Positions 44,101-56,500 of a stretch of 64,000 bases of DNA are shown in pieces. Both the position numbers and the translations under genes were made by a program. This DNA is from Okamejei kenojei (taxonomy: Eukaryota), in NCBI GenBank assembly GCA_035221665.1, contig CM069150.1, positions 28,954,001 to 29,018,000 on the forward strand, given 5' to 3'. Under the pieces are notes generated by a model. It saw only the letters and a list, made by a program, of their open reading frames with translations. It searched no databases and was not told the origin of the DNA. Each line of letters starts with the position of its first letter. The first letter of the stretch is position 1.

Positions 44101-47100
44101 CTCAGCCACGCATTTATCCTCCACCTCATTCCATTCCTACTCTCACTGTCACCTGTCACGCGGCACAGGCAGTAATCCTGAAATTGTTACCCTTTTGGTC
44201 CTTCTCCTTAACTTTCCCCCCAACTCCCTAAATTCTCCTTTCAGGACCTCTTCTCTTTTTCTGCCTATGTCATTGGTACCTATGTGCACCACAACATCAG
44301 GCTCCTCTCCCTCCCTTTTCAGAATCTTTTGGACACGTTCCGACACCTCCGAGACCCTGGAACCAGGGAGGCAAACTACCATCCGGGTCTCCCAACTGCG
44401 TCCACAGAATCGCCCATCCGACCCCCTAACTATAGAGTTCCCTAATACAATTGCCCTCCTCTTTTTGCTACCCTTCTGAGCATCAGGGCCGGTCTCTGTG
44501 CCAGAGGCCCAGCCGCTGTTGCTGCCCCCAGGTAGGCTGTCCCCTCCAATCGTACTCAAACACGAGTACCTATTTTCCAGGTGTACAGTCACAGGGGTAC
44601 TCTCTAGCCCCTGCTTCTGCCCCTTGCCCTTCCTAACCGTGACCCACTTGTCTGCCTCCTGTGGTCTGGGAGTGACTACCTCCCTGTAGCTCCTCTCTAT
44701 GACCTCCTCGCTCTCCTTGACCAGACGGAGGTCATCGAGCTGCTGCTCCAGATTCCTAACACAGTCTTTTAGGAGCCCCATCTCGACACACCTGGCGCAG
44801 ATGTGGTCGCCTGGAGGGCTATCAGATTCCCTGAACTCCCACATCTGACATGCAGAACAGTACACTGCCCTGGCCTTCATACTCCCCCCCCCCCCCCCCC
44901 CCCCCCACTTACACAGGATACAATATCAACATAATACAAAGTACACAACAAATCTGACTGCCAATCAACTGCTTACCCTAGTCCACTTCCCACCAATCCG
45001 CGGCTTCCTCAAAAAATTCACCCAAAAAAAACCACTTCCCCGAATGGAACGTTATGGATTCCGGTAAGCCCCACACTGGATTTTAAACCTTACTGGTCTG
45101 GTGTCGCTCCTCCCCCTCCTTCTCTTCCAACGGCTCCTGTGGGCCTCTGAAAAAACAAGCCCCGCGCTGAATTTTAAACCTTACCGATGGGGTGTCGCTC
45201 CTCCCCCTCCTTAGCTTCCAACAGCTCCTGTGGGCAATCCTGGTATTAACCTCATGCTTATACATTCCTTTGTGCAAACCTTACTCACAAGAGAGACGTT
45301 GTGACGTCTTCAGATGAAGAACATCTATCTAAAGTAAAGCAATAATAAATTGCATTTAGCGTGGCAAAAATGTAATATGTTAATATCGGTTGCTTTCTCA
45401 TATATTTCCTTTAGGAAGTTAAATGAATGTTTTATATGTGATTTATTGTCTGATTATCCTGTTAACCTGGAACAATAATGATTCATATTACGCTGTGAGC
45501 TAGATAACAAAAGATGAGATCCTGTAAAGTTTAATTAAAGACTGCATAGTTTCTGCAGACTTCAGCTCAATTATCAGTTTTCATATGAAATTGTGTATGA
45601 ATATGTGCTGCACAAGTGGGCCATTCGGCCCATTAAACCTGCTTCATATAAGCAACAAGGCTGTTAACCTGAATTCTGCACCTTTCTCAAAATTCTCCTC
45701 TGCATTGACAAAAAAATCAAGACTGCTCCACTGGCCTTTGTGGAAGAGAGTTGCAAAGGCAAATGACCCGGAAATGTTGCTTTGCATTGATTTTGTAAAA
45801 AGTAAGTGTTCGGCATCAGCAGCCTAATCGTTCCGTGCAGCAAATGCATATCACAGATTCTCCATGCACTCTCATATTGAAGTGACAGGAAAGTGGTAGT
45901 GACACTGTCAACATTAGCCTCAAAGAACATCAGTATCCTTGGGATTTCCACTGAGACACATGCAAATGTGGGAGGTCTAAGCTATTACCAGTAGTCTACA
46001 GCTGGATAGCTGAAGTGAAGAATTTGACAAAGATAAATAAATCATGAGTTTCCAAAGGATAAATCTACTGCTGTACGATTGATTTAATCTTGATCGTTGT
46101 GTGTTTTGTTTTATTATTTTGTAATTCAGACTTCTGAAATTGGAATGACACATAACTCTGGTGAAAGTGGACAGCGTTTTGAAATTTGGTTCAGAAGACA
46201 GAAATCCCAAGATACTTATATCTTGCATGCATCAACTCCAGATGTGAAACAGGCGTGGATAGATGATTTAGAGAAAATATTATGGAACCAAGCGTTGAAG
46301 AACAGAGGTCAGTAAATTAACAGGAATTAACAGGAAGGTTGAAGAATGCCATAAAGCCAGTAATAGTCTTCTCCTTAAACTCAAATTTCTCCTAATTATG
46401 CTAATATAACTTGATATGTTGTGCACTTTTTTAAATTATTGTATTTTTTTAAATAAAATCAATTATTCTGATGCATCTTGTTGTCATGGGACTGAACATA
46501 ACATGCATGTTCCAGTGATTATTAATAGTAAGTGGTCTGTCATATAAATGACAGAAGATAAAATATATTTATTCGGTGAAGATATAATTTAATCTCTTGC
46601 TCAGATTTACAACAATACTTGGAGGGCCAGCTTCTTGCTTACTGTTACCATTACAAAGTCACCAAGTTACATTCTAAAATGTGCGGATAAAAAATATGTG
46701 GTTAGGATAGCTTTGCCAACATCTTACCGACTGTGACCTTTGGACATTGGCAAAGCTAAATGTAGTTTATTGAATTGAACTTGTTCTGACTTTTGTCATT
46801 GCAAACCTTCGGTGATCATTGTTTGGAGGCAAAGTATCAACATGCTGCTACGCATCTGGTCAGTTAATGAAATGTTAAGGCATCAAGGTCATAAATTTCT
46901 TTTACAATATGTGCCTAATTGTTTTCATGGTAACAAGCAACACTTTTTTTGTGATGGTATGCACCAGTATGGTGTATGGGCACCTCTAGAATGTTGAATA
47001 CTAGATGGATGTACAGCAGCTAATAGTGTCGTATGAAAAGTTATTCGTGAATCGGCACCTTTCATCTGCAAAGAAAGTACTGGTGACAAGGTGGTCTGAG

Positions 47101-50100
47101 TCAGTGTAGAACGTGGAGCATGGAAAAGTACAGCACAAAAACAGACCCTTCTGCCTACAATGTCTGTGCCAAATAAAATGCCAAGATAAACTAATCTCAT
47201 CTACATGCACATGATCCCCATCCCTCCATTCCCTACATATCCATGCTCATATCTAAAGTCCTCTTAAATTCACCATCATATCTGTCTCCACCACCACCCC
47301 AGGCTGTGCATTCCAGGTACCCATAATTCTCTAACTAACTATCTGCCTTATCTGTGCCTCCCATAATTGTATATTATTTTATCAGGTCTCCCCTCAACAT
47401 TCCAGAGAAAACAATCCAAGTCTGTTCAACCTCTCCTTGTAGCCAATACGCCCTAATCCAGGCAACATTCTGGTCAACCTCTTCCCCACCCTCTCCAATG
47501 TCTCCACATCCTTTCTGTAATGGGGTGACTAGAACTGCATGCAATACTCCAAATGTGGCTCAATTGAGAAGGATTGCTAGACACAGGAAATGTATACCAA
47601 CATAAGTCTTCATCAGAAAAATCGCAGGAGAAGAAAAATATAACAGAGAATGATAGAGAAATACAGCATGGACCATCAAACAAATATTTTCACTAATCAT
47701 CTTGTATTCTCCCCACAATTCCATCAACTCTTCCCCCCAGATATCACCATTTATCTACCCACTATAGGAAATCTATAGTGGATAATTACTCTACCAACCC
47801 ACACATTTTTGCTTTGTAGGATGAAACTGGAGCACATAGGAGAAATATATGCTTCTCAAGAAAAACATTCTCCCAAACAGCACTAGAGGTCAGGATTGAA
47901 CCTGGGTCTCTGGTGCTATGAGGCATTGCTGTGTCAGCATTTTCTAAAAAATCTATACTTATATTGCCTGTTTCATTTGACCATTCATACCCCAGATTCA
48001 ACCAATGCTAAAAATATTCATTTCTGCCAATGGTCTTCATGTCAATTTTAAAGTGTTATCTAAAACATTTATAAATTGGCATTGGATTCTAAAGTGGAAT
48101 GGGGGAATCAGGGTTCTGTTCACCATAGATGGATTACATTTTGACATTAATTATGCACTATACGTTCTATGTGAATAGTGAGGAATGTGATTACATGTTC
48201 AAGGTCTGACACTTCCTCTGCCCTAATTGTTGACCATTTGCACAGCTTTTGTGTGAATACAGATAAACTACCAAACTAAATACGACTTTTCTTTATTTAT
48301 GACATTTAAGGAGTAAATGAAAACTGAGGCTTAGATTGGTTCCAAAAGTATTGGTCATCTATGAGCCTTGATGGAAAAAATAACTTTCAAATGCTGACAT
48401 TGGAAGTAACAATGAGCCATTTTAAATAAAAACACAAATATTTGAGGCTATCTTTCTGTGATGGAAGTAAACCTGCAATTCCAATGTCAATAGGTTAGAG
48501 GGAAGTAGATAGGAGAGAAAATAGGACTGCACTAATAGCTGACATATACAAATGTTCTCCATAATGAAATATAATACAAAAGTGACGTAACAATTAAAGC
48601 GTTGCATTGAAACACCTAGTGAATTAAAATCAATATATGAGATCAATAATCAATATACAAACATACATATTATTCTTGCACCAAAAATATTCAGCTAAAT
48701 GTTTTTGATCTAATTATCTTAGCAGCATGGCCCGTTGTGAATGGAAGTGATTTCTAGCATGTTGCTTAAATATCGAACACAAAAGATTGGGAAAAATTGA
48801 GTAGAGGTGTTTGTGACTTTGCTTAAATCTCCGCGATCATTTTTGTTGATTACACTGCAGTCAACCAAATTGCACTCCACAAAACCCCCACTGTATACCA
48901 TAAGCCATACACCATAATGTTGATAATTAATTAGACAGTGGAAGATGGCTTTCTTCTACTTGCTAATATTGGTGAAAGGTGGGTATGACTGTAAAGTGTG
49001 GTTCTTTATTCAGCTATCATTTGCTTTTCTAAAGACATTTTGCCACTCGCAATTCTTGTCAATGGTCTGTTGTGCATTTTCTATTCTAGGCAGAAATCAC
49101 TGTCCAAATGTCTGCACTGAAGCCTCTGGTTGGATATTGCAGTGTGCAGGAACATTGTGTCTTGTTTAACTGCTAGGGTGTCCACTAACTGGCATGAATT
49201 GTTTTGCTAGTTATAAGTAACTTAACATCACCCACGAGTTTGGAAATTGTTTTAATCATCTTAGCAGCATGGCCCGTTGTGAATGGAAGTGATTTCTAGC
49301 ATGATGCTTAAATATCGAACACAAAAGATTGGGAAAATTTGAGTAGAGGCGTTTGTGACTTTGCTTAAATCTCCACAATCATTTTTGTTGATTACACTGC
49401 AGTTTAAACTTTTTGTGTTAACTAATTGCAAAACAGTCCCTATCAATGTTGAAATTCCTTCTTTAGAACACCAGAAGCAGGAGAGGGTGTTTATGGGCAT
49501 TGGCAATAAGCCATTTATGGACATCAAACCTAGCGAAGCAGCCATCAGTGACAGGTCGGTTCACTGCATCACAAAAGGGAAAGGTATGAGCTTAACTCGA
49601 AGGCTAACTTAGTGAGGGACCGGATTCTGCAGTGTATCAGAAAAAGCATCTTATGTCTTGGAGGCTGAGCTTAAAGACTTTTCTCTCCATAGATTACGAG
49701 CAGATTTTTGATAATCATAACTTTTAAAAATCCAAAAGAATGACTTCAGTAAAACGTTAATTGACAATCATCTCAGAATCAGCTTCAAGACCACAAGAAC
49801 TAAATGTTAGAGGTTGAAATGTCCTATTCCTCATTGATTGGAACCAAGGTATTAAACAACAGGAGTATTAGGCTAGATTCAACCATTGTCACAGCTAACC
49901 TTGACATGAGTTTACAATCTTGAGGCACATAATAGAAAAGTATTTTATTATTTGCTGTTTATTCCTTTTAAAAAGTATGCAACTTCCTATGATATAAAGA
50001 CACCAATTTCATTCATACTGGAAGGACTACAGCATTATAGTGGTGTGAAATTTTGGATTATATTGACACTGTAGCTACGTTGTTCTTTGATTAAATATCT

Positions 50101-50474
50101 TATGCGCTGCATAAATTCAAGACATCAATGCACCTGTTTGTTGTAAGTGAAAATTGTTATGATGACCAATTGATTCTTCATTTATTCTATGCTTGCAATG
50201 CAGAGGAACAACTTGTGAACCAGAAATCTTGTGAAAGAATTAAAAAATATGTATTTACATCATATATGATATATACTTTCATCTAGCCACCTTCACATTT
50301 AAAACAATGAATTCAAGCCTGGAACAATATCCCATGTGCCTGCTAAATTTAAATTTTTAATTTTTTTAAATCTTGTTTCTCTGGGTGTCTAAATTTTTAG
50401 CTAATTAAGTTATTACATCAGGTGGAAGCTGCATATCAAATCTCGTTGTACCTTTGTGCAATGACAATAAAATA

Positions 50475-50507
<33 letters not shown>

Positions 50508-53500
50508 ATGATATTGAAAGTAATTCTAGAGTGCTGCTACAAAGGGCTCGTAAGACATATGATGTTTCACCTTACAGTGGTTCCAAACCTGCCAAAGTTC
50601 ACAAATGTACCACCTTGTACCATTTCTCCAAGTATGTATCCAAGTATGTTTCTGTTCTTCCTGGGACATAAATCAAGGAGTATTAATCTCTGAATATTGC
50701 ACAGCCTTCAGGCATTTCTCCTTGACACCAATATTCACACCCTCAGACTTTCCACCAAGCCCGTTCTTGTAAGGCAATTTTAATTGACTACATATCAAAA
50801 TTAAGTTTGTGATCAAATCATATATAATGGCAGTGCAACAGCAGGTCATATTTTTTACAACCAAAACATATGATATCAAAACTTTATTTGGTCAAACTGC
50901 ATGATTTTTCTCAGAATGGAATCAAAGCTGAATTAACTCATACACTGATTAGAACATTCATAACATTTCCAGAATTTCTGGAAATGTCCTAAAAGGTAGA
51001 TCATCTGTCTGCTGATGCTGATCAAAATGTGTCTTCACTCTCAACATTCCAACAAGGTTAGTTATGTATGTTACAGAGCAGAGCAAGAGACCAAATTCCA
51101 TCGGATCCAATGGCAGTGCTTCTTCCTCAGGAAGCCAATCTTCTTCATCTTCTGGCATTGGTTCCCTGAATACGCACAGTTACTCCTCTTCACCGTCAAC
51201 TTTAAGAAGCAATACTGGCACCAACTGCTTATATAACACGCGGACATGCATTGAGGAAGATGACCTGGAGAATGTTTCAAGTGGGAGACCTTTTATGAGT
51301 GAGTGACCAAATCACAACTACCTGTCTGTAATAAGTAAATTGAAGCATTCATTGCCACTGATGCATTCTTCAGAGGAAGAATGAAACTGTGTGGTTAAAC
51401 AGCATGGAAATAGATATTTCAGTTCATTTTCCATGCTGATCATCAAGTAGTCATTTACACCAATCCTACACTAATTCTATGTAACCCCTGCATTCCCTCT
51501 CTCTCCATCCCTCCTCAAGCTAAGTCGAACCAGTTTCAAGGTCGTCTTGTTGAGTCTCATTGTCTGTACTCGTTCTCACCTAACAAAGAACTAACAATGG
51601 CCTGTTTCCTTTATCATCGTTACTTTTTTGCATATATTTCATTCATTTGTTCTATATCTCTCTACATCACCGTCTATATCTCTCATTTCCCTTTCCCCTG
51701 ACTCTCGGCCTGAAGAAGAGTCTCGACCCAAAACGTCACCTATTCTTTTTCTCCAGAGATGCTGCCTTACCCGCTGAGTTACTCCAGCTTTAACTGTCTT
51801 CGAACACTAATTCTATTCAATTCACCATTAATTCCCAGAGTTAACCATTCGGCTGCACACTAGGAGCATGTTATAGTGATTAATTAATTTGGGCTTTGGG
51901 CTGTGCGTGGAAACTGGGCAGCTCCAGAGGTCAGCATGGAACTAAAGCTGCATTAGTTGCACAACTGAGTTGCCTGCATTGGATAACACAGTGAATCATA
52001 TGCTGTCCATGGACTGACACAACCAAAAGTTACATTTCTATATGTAAAGTGGTTAGTTTGCCAGAATTAATAGGAAGTGGAAAGTGAGGTTTACTGCAAG
52101 TATAATTTTTTTATGTTGCAATCATTTTCCTTTTGCTGAAATATTAAAGAAAGAGAAATACTTTTTTACAATAATGAAATAAATAGAAGTATTAAAAGCT
52201 ATTACATTTCAGCACTGCTGATTTACCTGTATGCAGGCCAGGATGGTCCAGTATGTGGACATTGACCTACTGGTTGGTCAGTTGTTGGTGTAGCTGAAAG
52301 AGAAAAGCCTTCCTAATTCAACCCTTTTTGTTGATGGCATGTTGATTGGTTTTGTCACTGACTGATATAAATCCAAATCAAATAGAAATATAACCACCAA
52401 ACCAAAAGATGATAAAATTATTCACATTTAGGAACCTTTCTTTCCTCAGGTTGGAGTATTTCTTCATATTGGTGATTGCCTCTTGCAGATAACTAAATCT
52501 AAAGAACAGGTTAAGCAACAGCCATGACCTAGGTGTGATAAATAATCCACGTTGAAATGTATCCTCTCCAAGAGCAGATGATTCAATCACAATGTGTAGG
52601 AAGGAACTGCAGATGCTGATTTAAACTGAAGATATACACAAAAAGCTGGAGTAACTCAGTGGGTCAGACAGGAGAAAAGGAATAAGTGACGTTTCCGGTC
52701 GAGACCCTTCTTCAGAAGAAGGGTCTCATCCCGAAATGTCACCTATTGGGTCTCGACCCAAAACATCAGACCCATTTTCGCCAGAGATGCTGTCTGATCT
52801 GCTGACTTACTCCAGGATTTTGTGTCTATCTTTGATTCAGAGGTCTGGTACAGTTTGACTGGTGCAGTTCAGCCCATGGTCCCACCCAGTGTCAAGGCAC
52901 CACAATGACCCATTATGAATACTTCCGATCATTCAATGGCTGAACATTTTTATGTAGTGGAAATGATTTGTGGTTTATTGCATCTACTCGTATAGAGGTG
53001 AATATCCAGAGGTGTGTTCCATCAGTCATTTGTTTTAACCTTGTTGGAAGAGCTTTTGAAAAAAACGGTGTTAGAATTAGTTGCAATGTTTTTGTAAGCT
53101 TTCCACTACTCTTACTTCAAGGCTACACCAGACAAATGAGAAAGCATTTGCAGTGTAATGATTGATTCCTATTCCCGTAAATCTCCGTGAATGCTAAACT
53201 AGATGGAATGACAGATTAATGTATTTTTTTGCCTTTTTAATATTCTTGCTAAAATACAGGGAAGGACTTGCTATATTTGGAAATTGTACTGGATGTTCCA
53301 CATGCAGTAATGAAGGACTGAGTTGATAAGAGTTGTTTGCTTCATCCACAGTTGAGAGTTTAGAAACATCCTCCCAGTGTAACTCGACAGAGAGTGTCAG
53401 TGGCTTCAGCAGTTCCGAACACAGCAGCCTTTCCCTGACTGGAGGAGAAACAGAGGAAGTGTTGTCAACCTGCCCTTTAGCATGCAAGCCCAGTTCGGGA

Positions 53501-56500
53501 CAATGCTCACTCTATGCACCTCCATTATTGCCCAAGGGTGAACTACCATTTGGAAATTTGATCAAAAAGGTATGTGTCCTGATGCGGATGTGTTCTCTAT
53601 GCTATCTTTTCCCCTTTCCCATTCACTGGATTTATAAACACTAGTGAATGTTATTATTCATGGGCTTCAGCTGTTCGCCTGGATCTCAACTAATTGCTCC
53701 TCTTCAGTGGTATACCTTGCACCATCTTTGCCAACATATCTTTCCACAGCCTGTTTTCTGCAACTTATCAAATTAAGTTGATCCTAGTTTCAGTTAGTAC
53801 CCTGATACAAGTGTCAGTCATTATTTATATTGAAAGTGAGTAATTCAATCGCCGTGAGCACATAGCAAAATCAAGATTCAAGATTCCATTTAATTGTCAC
53901 ATGTACCAATTAAGGTACAGTGAAATTTGAATTACCATACTAAGTAAAAAAGCAAAAATACACACAGCACATAAAATATAGTTTAACATAAACATCCAGC
54001 ACAGTGGAATCAACATTCCTCACTGTGATGGAAGGCAATAAAGTTCAGACATCTTCCTCCTTTGTTCACCCGTGGTCGCCCCCTTGAACCGTCCATACTT
54101 GCCGTTACCGACGGTCTGATGTTCAAGCCTCTCGTCGGAATGATCGAAACTCCGGCATCAAGACGGATTGGAACACTCCGTGGCATGGAGCTCCCAAGTC
54201 AGCCATTTCTTACCGGAGACCGCTGCTCCATGGTGTAAACGTCCACAGGCCCCGTGGTCAGAGCTCCAGTGCTGGCGATCCTCAGCAAAAGATCCCAGGC
54301 TCCGCGATGGTAAGTCCGCTCCGGTTTGAAGCTCCGGGCCGGTCTCCAGCAAAGGCCGCACCATTCCATGTTGTAGAAATTGCCTTCACCATACAGCCAT
54401 ATAGTTATACAGCACAGAAACAGGCCCTTTGGCCCAACATGCCCATGCTGACCAAGTAGCCCCCATCTACACCACTTCCAACTGCCTGTGTTTGGCCGAT
54501 ATCCCTCTAATCATTTCCTGTCCATGTACCTGGTAATTTTAACATCATGAATATTCCAATAGATATTACCATTTAACAAAGATGAGAAATGTGATTATTT
54601 GTCCTATCAGCCTGGAACTAGTGTAGCCATCCAATTGCTATCCAATCAAATCACAAAACACGCTATAGGGATGGACTCTTAGACCAAGAATATCGAAGTC
54701 CACATTGTCATTGCTTTATCAAGAAAAAAACCCATGTGTAAATAGCTTACAGACACATTTGAAATATGAACCAAAACAAAATTGTTGGATATATAATGAT
54801 CTCATCATGTGAGGTTAATTTTTTTTTAGTTATTAGCTCTTTTTAAAAACCATTAAGTAGGCAGCATCCTGACATAGTGAGCAGTCCTCAGTACAGGGTC
54901 TCATTAAAAACTATCGACCTGCAATGTTAAATCTGCTTCTTTCTCCAAAGTTGTTGTCAGATTCATTGTTTTTTCGAGCATTTTGTTCTTATTTCAAATT
55001 TCCTACACCTTCAGTTTATTGTTCTTTTATTAATGACACATCTGGTTAGTTTTGATTTAAGTGATTTTGTTATGGATGAAAATTCCTACTATTTATATTA
55101 TATTAATGCCTTTGGATCCTTTTTGTAATTTATATTTTTAACTCTAATACCACTCTGTAAATATCTTTTGTAAGACATGGGAGATGAGAGAGATGATATT
55201 TCCGAGACCCTCAAACCAATTTAGTGTAAGTTGAACTAGATTCTGTCTATTACCGACAGATCTACAATGGATACAAAGTATTTGCCTGTAATTAGCAGAT
55301 AAGTGCTCCCATATTAATTTGTTTGTGTTTGGTGAAATGCAGAGCCTGTGAGGATGAGAGCTTTACTTCTTTTTAGCGGTATATAACCTTTCTCTAATTT
55401 AAAAATGGGATGTGTTCCTGGAGAGTAATTGTTTTGTAAATGGAAAAGACTAGGCAAAATGAAATAAGGATGTGTGGTATTGGGCAATCCCATGCATAGA
55501 GAGTAGCGTGCTACTTGTTGTTGTGTAAATCAACTCTGTAAATAGAAAGCATGTGCCCCAAAGGGTCAATGGCCATGCAGTGAACATTTGTAAATCGAGG
55601 TGTACCTGTAGTCAGTAAACCTGTAGGATTATTTGCTACTTGGCACTGTCATGTGTGCTCAGAGTGGAATATTGATCCACTGAACCAGATCATTTCCAAT
55701 AGTAGAATCAATCAGATGACATCTAAATGGTGAAGATGCACTTGGAGTATATGTCAGACAGTGAGTCACATCCCACACATCGTTCCACACATCATACTAA
55801 GATTACAATGTTTCTCACTGCTGGTTGTCCTGAGTGCAGGAAACAGTGAACATAACCTGGATGGGACTCCCATAAATCTCTTAAACTTCACACTAATCAT
55901 TTAAATACGATTATGTGATTCAAGCTCTGGCATATAGATAATTGTAATTCAATAACGTGGTGAACTGTCCAAAACTAGGAAAATGATATTCACTGTCATA
56001 CGTTTATTTTAATGTGGAAATGTTTAAATACGTTTGTCTTACTGATCAGAACTAAATATGTTGCCTTTCTTTGCTTAAAGTTATTCAAATAGAATGGCAC
56101 CACATGGTATTAACAAGCCCTGATAAAACACAAAAATTACACAATAGCTTTTTTTTCGTGGAATATATTTTCTGTGCACTGGCATTCTTACCCTTGAGAA
56201 GTGTGAGGCTTGGCAGAAAATAAATCCAAAGATAGTCTTGTGTAAAATACTTCATTCTAGGGAAACCAGTAGAGGAAATGATTGTAGACATCCTCAGCCT
56301 TGAATGATTTGATGGCTTGGCACGCAATAATGTCTGAATCTTAAACAAAATTGAGGGTCATAATGGTTCGGCGCGGGGACTTGACTGAGGCCTGAATATC
56401 TGAATGGATGAAGAAATACATATAATAAATCATGAATGTATCTCCAAGAATGGATTATTTAGTAATATTTTAATCTCCATCAAACTTTTCACATTTTCTT

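Noticed and set aside
48711-49403. CRISPR-like repeat-spacer reading of the spaced direct repeats
   Set aside because: Only two 151-bp copies in eukaryotic intronic DNA; no cas genes
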